From the NCBI RefSeq assembly GCF_002105155.1, contig NW_019028993.1:372001-436000 (forward strand): a DNA stretch of 64,000 nucleotides, given 5' to 3'. Position numbers and translations under genes: made by a program. The notes under the pieces are model-generated. The model saw nothing but the letters and a program-made list of their open reading frames with translations, did not search any database and was not told the DNA's origin. This stretch comes from Lobosporangium transversale. Lineage: Eukaryota. Positions 36,668 through 51,533 of this stretch are shown one piece after another (positions within the stretch are counted from its first letter, which is position 1; each line of letters starts with the position of its first letter).

Positions 36668-39000
36668 TCATATTTGCCCTCCCTCAGTAGCTGTAGTCCT
36701 TGTCACGGTTGTTGATGATGAAGAGGAAGAAGTAAATGTCGACGTGGAGGAAACATGATGACTTTCCGACGTTACAGCGATGCTAGACCTGTTCAGAGAA
36801 GGCAACGCCGAATGAGGCACAGTTTCGGTCCGTGAAGTTGAGGACACATTTAAACTACTGTTAAGATCATGCTGCTGCTGCTGCTGCTGTTGTTGTTGTT
36901 GTTGTTCTAAAGCTGTCTGTGACGAAGAGATGGACTGAGATGAAACCATTTCAACAGCAGCAGCAGCAGCGGTGCTATTACTGCTACTGCTGTTAGTGCC
37001 AATTGTAGTAGTAATGGTAGTGGTAGTAGCAGTAGTAGCTATCCTAGATGAGCTTTGATGGTGATACTGGTATTGCTCGTTCCTCGAGCTACTATGACAG
37101 GCATGAGATTCAGAAGAGCTGCTTGACATTGTGCTTGTCTTCGTCTCTAATACAGATACAGCCGTGCCATCACTGGACTGAACAATCGACTCTGTATACG
37201 TCTCAGCAGGCACCACCACCCCTTCACCACTGTCATCCTGATAGCTTATTTCCTCCACCACAACCTCGACCGGCGCTACTGATGGTGATGGTGATGGTGA
37301 TGGTGATGGTGATGGTGATGGTGACGACTCGGGTACAAGCGGATCGACATGGCTCGGTGGCTTAATGGAGGATATACCACTTTCACCTGGAACAATAGTT
37401 TCAGAGTCCGACAGTTTCTCACTCCCTGAACTGTTAGCGCTGCTACCACTGTTGATACCATGTTCCGCCTCAACGATAACGACTATTGAGTCTTCCTCCT
37501 CCTTCATAGGTGGTGATTGCGGTAGTTGGAGTTGAGGATGTGGCTGAGGTGGTAGTTTCAATGGCAACTTGTGATGGCTTTGGCTAGCAGTGGCTCCAAC
37601 GACGACAAAGTCGCTGTCTTCAATCTCCTTTTCCTCATAATCCTCGTAGAGAACTTCTTCTGCTGTCTTTCTCCTTAGACAGAGGCAGCCCACCAGATAG
37701 GTATACCAATCCATCTGGGAAATATGTTGTGAAAAACGCTGACCTGCCAATGCGTGGGGTCTCTTCCCAAAAGGTCGACCATAGATCCTAAAGACAGCTT
37801 CACGACTGACCCACAAAGGCTTTGCATGATGCCAGAATTCCCATGCGATCCCTACACAGGCCAAGAGGAGACAGCCCCCCAACATGAGATACACCCGAGA
37901 ATTCGGATGGTAGACTAGAGATTTCCCCGCAATTTCAAAGATGACCAACATCTCTCTGTACCCGACCTGTGCAAACTCATCGACCCCATACATGAACAAG
38001 AACGCTCCTCCGAAACTGGTCCCAATGATGATGGAGATTCGTTCAAAGAATGTGGCAATGGCTGCACCAATGAGGATAAAGATTGCTAAAAGTGTGTACC
38101 GGCCCGCACCGGACATCGTATGGTTCGTCGCTGCAATGATCACAACCGCGACTGCAAAGCCTCCGAACCCTCCAGAAAACGTTACCCCGAGGTCCCAGAA
38201 ACGGAATGACAAGATCGCTCCGACAATTCCTGCCAAGAACCACATCCAGAAATAATAGTATTCAGGTTTGAGGAGCAGATACGTGATGTTCCAATTCAGA
38301 GTCACCATGAGAATGATGACCGCAAAAGCTATGAAATATATATACAAATATACATATAATATATATATACATGTAAGTTAGTAATTGAATAAAAAGTGTG
38401 AGCAGGATGATGACAGAGTGGAGTGGTCTTTTGGAGGAGCTCTGCCTACTCTACCCCCAAAATTCAGGGAGCAAAATAAAAAAAATAAAAATAAAAAGTT
38501 TTTTTTTTTTTTTTTTTTTTGCATTTCATTTCAAAGAACTTACCCCAGGATACGAATCCGGTTACGACCAGGGTCGCGCGGATGAGTCTGAAGCCAAAGA
38601 AGACCTGGACGAGACCCAAGGCGATGAGGATGATCCCAAGGATGGCATTCTCGGAGGTCACTCTGGTTTTCTGACCAACGTCCAAGATCACTGGACCGTC
38701 AAAGCCGTTTATAGGATTATGTGTTCCGTTCATGAATTGAGCTGCCCCAACTCGATGGCCTTCATCAAGTGCGATGATTGGGTATGCATTCGTTGTAGAA
38801 GCCATCATGGATGTCGTCACACAGAAAAGGATACAAAGTTGAAGAAGGAAATTACTTGAAGGTGGGCGCAGCTCATATTGTTGTTGTTGTTGTTGTTCAT
38901 AATGATCTTTTTGTTTATGATTTTGTTTGTACATGTGGTGGGAAGATATTGAGAGGGACGTGCATCTCCTCCTCAATTGCACTGATGGTGATAGATTCAT
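36668..39000 (-). CDS. DUF4203 (TM7S3/TM198-like) multi-pass membrane protein with low-complexity C-terminal tail
   Basis: ILGIILIALGLVQVFFGFRLIRATLVVTGF, GGFGGF, IIGTSFGGAFLFMYGVDEF; one intron at ~38545-38330. The start codon is uncertain. Confidence 0.8.
37281..37323. repeat. (GATGGT)7 coding hexamer repeat encoding a (Ser-Pro)n tract
   Basis: Direct reading; SPSPSPSP in the DUF4203 protein frame. Confidence 0.9.
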
Positions 39001-39073
39001 CCGTTAACTCTTTCTGTTCTGTTCCTGAAATAAATAAAAAAAAAAAAAAAAAAATACGGGTTTTAGCGTGATC

Positions 39074-39108
<35 letters not shown>

Positions 39109-40058
39109 AGAGGAGGGGGGGGGGAAAAAAACTGAATGCTGTTATTTGTCCGTTTGTTAAAAGTCGAAAAGGGTTTATGGCATTAATGTATTTCACAATC
39201 TTCCAAAGAAACTTTCTAGAATTGAAGAAGAGTTAAATGGAAGGTTTAGAGCGATTTTATCAATAATTGAGGAAATGGAGAAAATGGAGGAGGGTTAATA
39301 TATATTTCTGTGCTGGAGAAGAAAAGTTTTATAAGAGCACGCTTTTAGGTCAAAGAGTGTAAGAAAGAAAGAAAGAAAGAAATGAAAGGCAAAGATGAGA
39401 AGGGATAGGAAGGGGGAAGAGAAAAAAAAGAAAATCGACGAAGGCAACAGAAAAAAAATTTTTTTTTTTTTTCTTGATGAAGAATAGAAAGGAAAAGAAA
39501 GGATTCGGGATTCATGTATATACATGTACTGCATGTCCACATGCAAAATGAACAACTTCATTTGGAGCACAGCTTCCGAATGTACGGAATTGATTTCATC
39601 CGTGGAAACAAACAAACAAAAAAACAGCTCAACTGCATATTGATAATCCGACATCGTTGTCAATTGTCTGGACCGCAGGATGAAAAAAAAAAAAAAAAAA
39701 AAAAAAAAAGAAAACGAGCATGAAGAGGAGGCTTTCATGCGGACTGACCAAACATGGTAGTATGAGTGGAATCGACCTTTTTATTCAAGTCTCCAACGCC
39801 AATTGGTTGATCAGGGGTTAAAGAATAAAAAAGAAAAAGACTAGAGACGAGCAAATCTTCCTCGTAACGACATTCGGATTAACGATTTTCTTTTCTTTTT
39901 TTTTTCTTTTTTTTTTTTTGAGCCTCAGCCATGAACATTGGGCTGATAAAAAAAAATAAAAAAAAAAGAGCAAATATATATATATTTACTATCATATGTT
40001 GGACCAGAAAGTTATATGCGTAGTCTAGTTGCACATCGAAATGGGCTTGTGACGTCCA

Positions 40059-41279
40059 TCAGTTTGCGATCTGGGACTTGGTAATTATCTCATAAATGGG
40101 ATGGTTGACGCCCAAAGCAAAACGAAGCGAAGCCTTGCTGTAATACTCCCGATCAATATTCTCAATGTTATCTATAATGGTGTCCAGCAGGTGAGACTGG
40201 CCGACAGTGCTGCCTGGAACATGAGCTGTCACATATGTTATATGGACATGGAAGTGATCTAGACACACATACATACATATACATATACACACACGGCAAT
40301 ATTTGGCATTAATATTTACGCGCTTCATAATATTACTAACAGAAGAGGTGAGAACATTTGGATATCGGAAACTTACAGTAACTGGGATGGTAGTGTACAA
40401 ACATGCGGATTTCATCAGAGGCTACACCGGGGAATTTTTCAGGGACCATAGCCAGAACCTTGTCTCGAATATTTTTAAGCATGGGCAGATGCTCTGGCCT
40501 AAGATCGCGCAGGGAACGTACATCCGACCTCTGTGAGATGGCCAATAAATAGAGCGAGGACAATGTTCGTTTGTCCCATTTACTACAATCGCAGAAGGAA
40601 TGATTGTTTCAACAAATTAATATAAAAATTAAAAATTAAAAGCGACAATCTCAAAGCTGATCTTGACAATATACCTGTCAGGCAAAATAATGAATCCCGT
40701 ATTGGGATCGTTATCTCGAAAGAGGACATTCTCTTGCTCTTTAAGACCACTTAGAATATTCTCCACCCATTGGATTCTGCTCTTGGGCTGACTCTCGATC
40801 CATGGTAATACAGCCGTCCTGTAGACCTCAGCAGTCTCTGTGATCATCTTACGAGTTTGGTGCGAGTACTTGGCAATATGCTATGTTATTCAAACAATGT
40901 TACGCGTCGCGTCAATATTAAAGTTCGCTAAAGAGAATGATTGATTTTGTTTTTACTGTGCCAAGTTCCTTACAGCCTCAGTGGCCGGATAAATAACGGT
41001 CATTTTCAGATCAGGGTCATTGCTTTTTCCCGGAGAGAGGATGGCATTCCACCAATTGTAAATGTCATTACTGCCAGTGGAGATTAGATCCGAGATGCGT
41101 TGAGTAATGTCACTGTCAGTGGTTTGTATTGCGAAATGAGTCTTTTCAATGAGCAAGATGGCAGGCTGTACAAGACTATTGTCTGTTGGTGATGGTAATG
41201 TGCCGAGAATAGCGATCGTCTTGAGGACAGGGTCCTCATTGAGCATTCGAGTGAAGACAAAGTCTGAAAGGCCGTGCAT
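40059..41279 (-). CDS. DCS1: Scavenger mRNA decapping enzyme DcpS (HIT family, 4 exons)
   Basis: AILLIEKTHF, NDIYNW, TVIYPATEA|HIAKY, WVENILSG, GFIILPD, RSLRDL, HYHPSY|YHFHVH HIT motif, HLLDTIIDNIE. Confidence 0.95.
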
Positions 41280-42224
41280 GGTCAGTGTAGATGCGAAAAG
41301 AGACTTGAACAAAAAGGAGTTTCGCGACGCAACCTCAGGAAAGTGAGTGAAATTGAGGGGAACAACAAGCAACACTGCGGATGTGACACGACAGGCACAA
41401 TGGACTCAATCTTGGCAGGCCGAAGCAACGAGGCCCACAATACCATGTTCAATTAAAACTCGATTGCATTGGGTTTACAAACTTCGGCCGTCAGTATTTT
41501 GCCCTATCCTTTGTAAGCTTAAACATTCCTATTCGGACTGCAAGGCTAGTTCTATGAGTCTGAAGGCCTTTATTTGTGTTACAGCCAAAAAACTGCAGAG
41601 CCGTAATCCCATTATGAGCGTTCATCCGCAATCGACAGATAACAGTTATGGACAATTGCTCAGGTAGGCCCCAAATACCAAATATCCGAATGAACGGTTC
41701 AAATATTGTAATAACATCTTAGGGTCACCACCAGCCTGAGTGAGAGAGTAGTGTCTGCAAGAGCAAGCCACATTTGCCTTTCAGGATGTGCATCTGCACC
41801 CTCAGGCTGGTGACGAGCCTAATAACATCTCATTAGAAGCATAAAGTATAATATATAAATTAGCTCTCGTATTCTAGACAAAGCCACTTTGGTATCCACA
41901 CCTTTTTTCTAAAAAAGACAGAACAACAGAACACAGCTCCGCCTAGAAAAAAAAAAAAAGAAAGAAAGAAAGAAAAGAAAAGAAAAAAGAAAGGTCTTTA
42001 TTTTCTTTGTTTCATTCGTTCTCATTCCACTTTCAATTCATTCCTTGTCGTACCATCTCGATTGCTGCACTGCTCTGTTCTGTATGCTTATTTGTACCCG
42101 TTGAATACAAATTTTGATAAACCAATAATCAATTAAAGAAGAAGAACAGCTTTTTTTTTGTGCCTAAATTTTTGGTGGCAACTGACGACGAATATAATTT
42201 GAACACACAAAATCTCTTTCCAGT

Positions 42225-44615
42225 ATGGATGGTAAACCTCTTATCCCTCTCTCCTTACTCGCCACCTCCGTCTTCCAACGAGACAGGAACCCACCCTCCT
42301 CTTCAAGTTCTACCTCAACCCAAGTCCCTGCTCCAGCCTCAACTCAACCTCCAGTGTCAACGCAGGCCACCACTTCAGCCACACCCTCCGAAATGATGCC
42401 CCAGCGAGGAGAAGATAGTCGTCAAAAGAGGCCCAGAAGTAGTCAATCACCTGATTTATCCAGGAGATTACGAAAAAAGTCGACAAAAGAAGAAGATTCC
42501 TCTTCAGCAGAATCAACCTCGGACTCTGAGTCGTCCAGCTCTGAGGATTCGGATCATGAACAGCTACAAACGACGAATGCCTCTGCACTCAAGATGCATG
42601 GTGTTATTCATGATCTGATGCTTGAGGTATGGGTTTCTTGATTATGACTGCATAAGGACATGTGTTCATGCTTTTAATTGTCTGCACAAATCTCATTGGC
42701 ATTGTACTTTTTTAAATGTATCAACTAGTTGGAGCGCACTCGAACCAAACATGCAAAATACAGTGATAAAGTCAAAACCTCATCTAAAAAAATTAGGGAT
42801 CTTAGCAGAAAACTCGAGAGACGTTTCCGTCATATGAGTGAGCATACGCTGGTCGCGAGTCCTGGCTCGGATCGGACATCCCTTACAAGACGGCCTAGTA
42901 TTCCAAACAGCAATGACAGAGTCACATTGGCATCATTTGTTAGAAATACTGTTTCTATGACAACAACAAAGAGAACTCAAGGCTTGCCACAACCACCTTC
43001 TCCATCCCGATCAGCTCAATCTCATCGTGAGCAGACTCAGAGACCTGTATTCTCAACGTCCGACCGAGATAGAGTTCCGAAAAGAGAGCACTCTACTGCC
43101 GGGCCATCCTTGCATGACGACCGCATCAGGATTGCTGCGTCTAATGTCGTGGAGACTTTTACAAACATTCATGCCGATATCCGTAATAAGGCTTTTGCGA
43201 GGAAGCCAAGAAATATGGTTATGCATTCTTCAATTGCTGGAGCTGATATGGAAGAGGTTATGGTGGCTAACTCCTTGGATGGGTACGCTGCATGGTTTAT
43301 TTTTATTTCTTTAATACGCGTTAGTAATGCGGATCAAATTGCTACTTGTACTTGTACTAAGAGTGGATATCGTACGCTATGTGTATTTGTAGGTCTATTC
43401 AATTCTGGGATCTCGAGAACCGTCATCTGATCTCGACAATTCCTCGAAGCCACCTGAACCAACCATGGTGTGAGGATATGTGCTGGGTGGGTCAAAATAC
43501 GCTAGCTATAGCAAGTGCTCACAAGGAAGGTGTCCCACTCCAGCATCAATTGGCACTTGTTCATGTTGAGAAAGCCAAACCGTATAGATCAGCCTTAGGG
43601 ATGAGTGCTACCTCGATCTCTTGGACAATTCAACCTTTAAGAGAATCACCTCATGATGGGAGCAGAGGTGGTATTGTGTGTGTTAGCTCTTTAATTGAAG
43701 ATATGAATGGGATGTCTCTGGTTACTGCTGGTGTGGATAAGCAAATTGTAAGTTTAGTCTTTTGCGGTACTTTGCATGAGACTCGTTTATGATGATAAAA
43801 TGTCAGGGCTCAAGGATTTCTTGTATTAATTTTTTTTTTTTTTTTTTTTTTGTGTTTATTTAATTTTTATTTTTATTTTTTTTTTTTTCTCACTTGCAGG
43901 TCAAATGGCAGTTTGCATCACAATATACGGACGGAAATCGTACTCCGATCCAACAAAGCCCCCTTCATAATAAGCACACTAGTACGATACAAGCTTTATG
44001 CTATGCTTCGCAAAGCAATGTCCTCTATTCGGGAGGGTGCGACTGTAGAGTTATTGGCTTTGACATGGTCCGATCAGAGATTGTAGTGGAGTACAAAAAC
44101 AAGGATGGTCGAATCAATTCCATCCTGCAGAATCCTGTGGATCCGAATTTGTTTTTGATAAGCCAAGCTACAACGCATAACCAGCTGTTGCTGCATGATA
44201 CCCGAGTAAGGTTTGAAACGCCAGTTCTCGAGTTCGGGTTTGACAGTGCGGACAGACTTTCAAAGCAGATATTGCCATCTTGGCACCCTGCTGGTGCTAT
44301 CGTTAGCAGTGGAATGCAGATTGAATCCAAGATCAATATCTGGGATATTCGATGGAAGGATGTCCATCGAGGTGCAGGCCAATCAATTGATGTTCATGGT
44401 AAGAATTAACGTTTTGACAAAAAGTGAGCCATTAAAAGAAAAAGAAAGAAATTAGTCTTTAGGAGTCAATTGACTAGCATTGCAAACACTGCAAACGCTT
44501 GTGAACATAGAGAAACGCGTCTTCAAAGCAGCCTTTCACCCAAAGCGATCGCTTATGACCTCGATGAGCTCAGATGGAAGTCTTGGATTTATGTAAGCAT
44601 TCAAAGCTAGGACAA

Positions 44616-44646
<31 letters not shown>

Positions 44647-44766
44647 CTTTTCTTAAAAAATTTTTTGTTTGTATCTGGGATTCTATGATTCTAATCCAGT
44701 ATTTTTTTCTTTTTCCTTACTTTCAGCGATTTCCGATTGAACCCTGACACAGTTGTCCATCAGTAA
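42225..44766 (+). CDS. WD40-repeat protein with disordered Ser-rich N-terminus (multi-exon)
   Basis: SLDG|SIQFWD, LVTAGVDKQI|VKW, HTSTIQALCY..LYSGGCD, INIWDIR, H|EKRVFKAAFHP..SSDGSLGF; stop TAA 44764-44766. Confidence 0.8.
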
Positions 44767-45819
44767 AGTTCAAGATACACTTTTTTTTTTTTTTTTTTTT
44801 TTCATGCATGATAACTGCTATAGTAATCTGAATAAATAAAGAACCATCTTTTGACGACGATGCTGTGCCTTTAAGATTGGCTTGTGTGATGTAGTTGAGT
44901 TTAATTAGATCCAGCACAAATAAGAAGACGAGCACAGATCTCATGTCATGTGGAGTGGTCGTCAGCAAATTAAGACCAGACATGGTCAATTATCTGTATT
45001 TTCATATTACTCCCGATCTTTTCATGACCATCTCGAGATCTATACAGCCCCTCGCCAACACAAACCGAAAGGCAAAGCTCTTCTCTTTTTTCTTTCTTCC
45101 GTCACACTCACGCAGAAAAAAAAAAAAAAAAGCATCGACCATTGTTCCTGTGGTGTATCTGTTGCATCCTTTATTCCTTTTAGTCCTTTTTGGTTTTCCT
45201 CATCTTGCTGTCGATCCATTTTCCTTTCATCCCACCTGCTTCTTTCGTTTCTGTAGTCATTCTGTTCCTTTCATTTACCTTCACTCTCCCTTTCTTTCTT
45301 TCTCTCTTCTTCTTCTTTGCACAGGTAACAAACCTCCTCTTCTGACTTTGCCTGACACGATTGCCTCCATTCTCATGCAAATCACATGTACACATGTACA
45401 CATTCTTCTTTGCAACCCCTTTTCCTGGTGTCTTTTTTTTTTTTTTTTTTTTTTTTTCCTCTCCTATTCTTCTTTGTACTTTGCACTCCCTAGACCAATT
45501 CTTTCTCTCTCTCTCTCTCTTTTTTTTTTTTTTTTTTTTTTTTCTTTCCCAATGCATGCATTTGAGATATCCCAAAAGAAAAAAAAAAAAAAAAAAAGCC
45601 CCGTACACTCCGTAACATCATACAGACGCATACTTCATAAATCACAACATCATAATCTTTTCTATCCTGTCAGTGCTCTCATCTTTTGCAGCCTGTCCCC
45701 CACTTGCATCTCTTAATATTCCCTTGAAAAGACACGTCCCCCTTTCTTCCTTCTCCTCACACACAAGAATGTAATGTACATGTAGAATTTCTCACCTCTA
45801 TTCCTATTTATTACTTTTA

Positions 45820-46036
45820 CTTTTATTATTGTTATTGTTATTGTTATTGTTATTATTATTAGTAGTTATTATCATTATTACTATCATTATTAGTTATTAT
45901 TATTATTAGTTATTATTATTATTAGTTATTATTATTATTATTATGATGATGGTACCTCCTACTTCTCTTTTGCCACCACCATTGCAATCCTTCTTTGACC
46001 AGTAGACCAGTAGACCAGTAGACCAGTAGGCCAGTT
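45820..46036. repeat. (ATT/GTT)n microsatellite followed by (GACCAGTA)4 tandem repeat (45997-46028)
   Basis: Direct reading; lies upstream of the GATA-factor CDS. Confidence 0.9.
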
Positions 46037-46979
46037 AGTGAGAAAGAAAAGAAAAAAGAAAAGAAAAAGAAAAAACAAAGTCAAAAAGAAAGCCTTCAAT
46101 ATCAGCCAAACTGTTGCACTGTTGACTCCTTTGGGTTTAGTAGCAATTTTCAATGGCAGGAACCAAAAAAACACATTTGCGTTGCCCCGAATGTCGATTG
46201 CTTGTCCAACATTATCAGGGACTCTTCCCCACACACAGGTTGCCCCTGTTTATCTGCTTTCCTGTTTTATCTTCCTCTTTTCCTGTTTACCCAATTCTCA
46301 TTTTCCTGCAGCTCACCTTAATACAAAGTAGAATCAATGGCTTGGTTATTCATCTACACACAAACACCCTCTTTGTTCTCTATCCGTTCTTGAAAGGACG
46401 TTGACCAACCAACACATTCCATCGTCAAAAAATACTTTTCTTTATTCATTTCATTTCCTCCTTCATTTCATTTTCTTCCTTCCTTCCTTCATATAATCAT
46501 TTTCTTCCATTTTCATCATTGCAAATTGCATCTCCCTTCGCTTCCATCCCCCCCCCCCTTTTTTTTTTGTCTTGTAAGCATACGCCCTTTTTCATATTTG
46601 CAATTCATCCTCAGCCTCCACTGAAATTTCCTTCGCTGTCCGTTTTCTTCTCTCCACTGAAACCTCCCCAACAGGAATTAAAAAATAAAAAAAATAATAC
46701 TCGTTAAAATCCTTAATGCACAATCAAGGATCCAACATTTTCAGTCTTTTCTTTTTTTAGAGTTGATTGATGTTGCCATTAAACACAATCACTTTCTATC
46801 CATCCTTGTCCTCCTATTACACTTTGCCCTTGCCACTTGTTCTAACCATCCTTACCCTTCGTTCTTTTTCTTTTTTTTCCTCAAAACTTGTTCCTTCTAG
46901 GCAGTGGTTTTGTTCTGGCCTATTCCACATCCATTGCTAAAGACAGGAATAAACCACTGACAACCAGCATTCCACCGCC

Positions 46980-49900
46980 ATGAATCATAATTCACCACAC
47001 TACCCAACTTCACCAGGCTACGATCACGCCTCGCCCACGCCCTCTTCTCCCTCATCCCCCGCACCCTCTCACGACGGCAGCTATAGGTCTGGCTCCAAGG
47101 GCAAAAAACCCGCCTCTGCAGCTCGCCTCCCTGAGTCTCTACTCTCCTCCACCATTGATTTCCCAAAACCAAAACCAAGGAAAAAGCACCCTTCCGAGGT
47201 GGGATCGCCAGGCCCTATATCCGGAACTGACTATCATAATGTCCATCCTACGAGTGAGGCTACTAATGAGGAGACTTCTGAAGAGGACGAGGCTGTCAAG
47301 CAGGCGAAAGAGGATCCATTAGCTGCTCAAGTCTGGCGCTTGTATACCAAGGCAAAAGACTCTTTGCCTAACGGGAAACGGCTTGAGAATCTCACCTGGC
47401 GTATGATGGCTATGACATTGCATAAGAAGAATAAGGAAAAGGAAGACAAGGAGCGGGAACAAAGTATGGAGCTGGAATGTCCTGTCCCCGCTGGTCAACC
47501 AAGGTATATTAAATATCACATTGAGCCATGTTGTCCATCATGAAAAGCATGATGCCTTGATTACAGCGTTTTAGGAAGAGCGACCCTCCAGTCATCTGCA
47601 TTGATCCTTTTTACTCATTATTATCTCTATGATTGTGTCGTATTTACTGATAAAATTGTAGTCATATGGATACCATGAGCTCCAAACCCATGCCTAGCAT
47701 GAGCATCGCCATTCCTGCACCAAATCATCACGGTACTACCTCAGGATTTTATGATGCGACTATGCAATCCGACTCTGACGACGACCACGGCTCCCAATCG
47801 AACGCGTCTTCTACAGCGTCTTCGCCCAGAGAGATGAGGTTTAGTGGTATTCCAACGATGACACCCATCAAGAGTCCTCCAAGCTCACAGAAAAATGGTT
47901 TCAAATTTTCATCTGTTTCCCCTTCCTCCCGCCAAAAGAAATCGTCTGTCAGCAACAACATCAACGTCACCAACACTAACAATAGCTATTTCAATAATAA
48001 TAATTCCAACCAGCCAAGCAGAAGCCCCACAACAGGGTCGTTTATGAATGGAGTGACACCCTCACCAACCAACTCCATCTCTATAGATTTTGGCGCTGGT
48101 GCTGGCACTACATTCAACTCTGTTGGAAGTAATAGAAGCTCTGGAAGCAGTAGTAGGCCGACCCTTTCTCGAAGCTCTACAGGAAGTAAATCTGGACATT
48201 CAAGTTCACGCAATAGCACACACCGACTATCAAGTTACCAGGGCAAGGTAAATTAAATGCAAGCATATGTAAATTTATTGTCCTATGCTCATACTACAGT
48301 TACTATCCTCTATTCTAACTTTTTTTTTTTTTTTTTTTTTTTTTTCTTAAAAAAAAAAACAGGCGTCGTCGGGATCAGCAACAGATAAAATTACTCAGTC
48401 ACAGGCGGCCAAACAAACAAACCTCCAGTCAGTAGCAGCAGGCACATTCCGCAGCCCTATGCCCAACCCATACCTCGGAAGCATCAATATCCCTCACGAT
48501 GCTTCATCAGGTGACTCAGACTTTGAATCTTCCCGTCCTTCCTCCCCAACAACAGTCTTCCCCACCCAATCCTCAGAGAGACCAAAAGTCAAATCAAAAG
48601 CCAGATCAAAATCTGGAGATGAAGTACCTGTTAAGCAAGAGTCTCCGACCCAAAAGAAGCTCTTGGTAAATCCATCCAGTGCTCCTTCCTTTGGTATTAA
48701 GACTGAAAGTGTACCTGACTACACTACAGATGACAATCTTTTAGGCGCGAATACCCTTGCCACGTCAAATCAAAATATTTTTTATCCCGACTATTTACTC
48801 GCTGCAGCTGCTCAACAGCAGCAGCAACAACAACAACAACAGCAACAGCAACAGCAGCAACAGCAGCATCTTTTACAGCAACAGCTTCTTCAGCAGCAGT
48901 TACAACAAGGGACTAATGCGTTTGGTGAAGTAAATTATGGAGATTTGATCTCCATGATGAACTTTGGGGGAGTTGATGGTACATCTGGGTTTATCCAGGA
49001 TCCCGAGCTTTTGGACGCACGGTTTTTCAATGCGGCAAATGATTTGAATGCTACCTCTCAAACAGGACAGCCTTCCGGGTTCATCGACCCGGCACAGCTG
49101 CTGCCTTTTACCAGCCAGCCGGGCACTTTCTTTAGCGAACAGACGGCTTCCTTTGATTCAAATGGGATTGCTATCAGTCAATCGACTCCTTCGGACAGTG
49201 TTATGAGAGAAGATGCGAATATGGACACAGATGAGGCTGAGAAACCACCAATATCAATACCCCCAAGCTCATTAAGCTCTAACCACCAGGAACCTGCATG
49301 GACCACTGACAGTCCACCCATCACTAAAAAGACACCACCAACATCATCAAGCTCATCTATCGTTCCTGGAAAGCGCTCTCGTGCACATGCTCGTCAGTCT
49401 GCAGAAATAAAAGCTGATACTTCAACGGCCAAAGCATTTTCCGAGGAATCCTCTGAGAAACCTGCTAATTCTACACCGAATAACAATCCTTCTGAAACAT
49501 CAACTTCGACCCCCAACTCGAGCTCAACCTCGATCTCGACTTCTAATTCCGCTACAGATAATGCATCTTCTGTACCACTGATACCCACAAAATGTACCAA
49601 CTGCAGTACTCAGAACACACCTCTTTGGCGTCGTAACCCAGAAGGTCTGCCACTTTGCAATGCCTGTGGTCTCTTCCTGAAGTTGCATGGCGTTGTCCGC
49701 CCGCTCAGTCTCAAAACAGACGTTATCAAGAAACGAAACCGAAACAATGCGAATGCCAGTAACAGCACGAGCCAAAACGGAGCTAATGCTAGTACTGGGC
49801 AGACAGCTGGAGTAAATGGAGAATCCACTGATGGATCTAGCTCTGTTTCTACGCAAGCTTCAAAATCCTCAGACGACCTGCATGCACCGAACAAGCCAAC

Positions 49901-50371
49901 GAAGAATGCACAGCGGCGTAAAAGTATAGAGCTCAACTCGGCAACTAGTACTCAAGACAAGAAGGAGTCAATGAATCTCAATCTCCCAAACTCGGGTCCT
50001 CTGAACTCTTCGAACGCTAGTTCTGCACCAACCACGCCTACAGGAGCAGCGCTAAATGTCGGTACAGATGGCTCGAATCAAGTGAATGGAATGAGTGGAA
50101 TCAGCACATCGATACCAACAACAATGAGTTCTGGGACCACAACGTTCACTTCGACACATACGTTCCCCAAGCGTCAACGAAGGTACTCTTCAGAATCCAA
50201 AGCGATGGCTAGTGCAGCCCAGGCACAAAATGCAGAGAGTCAATCAGCACGGCCCTTGTCTGCTAAGCAAAAACAGCAGCAGCAGCAAAAGCAGCAGATT
50301 AAACAACAACAGCAGCAACAGCAGCATTCGAATACAGGTCATCAGGGATACCCATCCTCTCAAAGTATCTT

Positions 50372-50404
<33 letters not shown>

Positions 50405-51189
50405 AGCTGTTTCAGAGCAACAAAGGCTATCATCGCAGCAGCAAGATCAGATGCAGACTGGTCTAGGATCAATAACAGCAGGGTTGGAGACCAATCAACT
50501 TCAATTGCCTTATGCATTCACAACTCTGCCGCTCTCTCAACAACAGCAAGGCGTTGCAACATTGGAGCGTGCGCAGCAACTGATGTACCAGGATATGTTG
50601 AACCGTCGCCGTCAGCAGCAGGAACAGCAACTTCATGAGCAGCAACAACGTCAACAGCAACTCCAGCAACAGCAACTCCAACAGCAACAGCAACAGGCAA
50701 TCATGGCCTACCTGAAGCGTCAGCAGCAAATCCAAAGCATGGATAGCTCTCTTACACCCCAGCAGCAACAACAGATCCAGTTCCTTCATCAACAACAGCA
50801 GCTTTTGCTGCAGCAGCAGCAGCAACAACAACAACCTCCCATCATGACCACGACCAATGGCAAGATGATGAGTGCAGCACCATTTGGGCCAACCGTGATG
50901 ACTGGTCTTGAAAATGTTTTGGGAAGTGGGTCTGGAGGTATTAGTGGACTGACAGTAGGAGTGCAGAATCCGATGGCGATGTTTAATGGGGACTGGTCCA
51001 ATTTGGATCTGAGTACAACTGCTGCGGCTGCGGCTGCAGCAGGTGTGACTTCACCATCATTGCAAACTAGTGCGGGAGCTCAACTGGGTATTTCCACAGG
51101 GATGATGTCGATAGAGCAGCAGCAGCAGGCACATGCTATGCTCGTTGCACAATACCGGGCCAAGATTGCTGGAGCTGGCCAAAATCATT

Positions 51190-51191
<2 letters not shown>
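46980..51191 (+). CDS. areA: AreA/Nit2-like GATA nitrogen regulator (DUF1752 + single GATA finger, poly-Q tracts; 3 coding exons)
   Basis: [36 protein letters not shown] (DUF1752) and [50 protein letters not shown]. Confidence 0.92.
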
Positions 51192-51226
<35 letters not shown>

Positions 51227-51533
51227 AAAAGAAAAAAAAAAAAAAAAGAAAAAGACGAGGGTTCCTTCACTTACCCAGCTTCATTTACTTATTCATTCAT
51301 TTTTCATCCTTTTTTAAACACATCAACCTCCACTTGTATTTTCATCCGCCATTTTTTTTTATTGTTTTTGGTCTAACCTGTTGTATATTTTTATTGAACA
51401 ACATAAACGTAATCTATCTAAACAAAAAAAAAAAAAGAAAAAAAAAAAAAAGTTCTATTGTATATACATTGTCTAAACAAAGCTAGAAGTATACTCGATA
51501 AATATGAACAATCATCAAGAAGGTATGACTGTC

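Noticed and set aside
44895..45716. 273-aa ORF and the many poly-K/poly-F ORFs across the window
   Set aside because: They arise from low-complexity pyrimidine and homopolymer tracts in UTRs and introns; no domain content.
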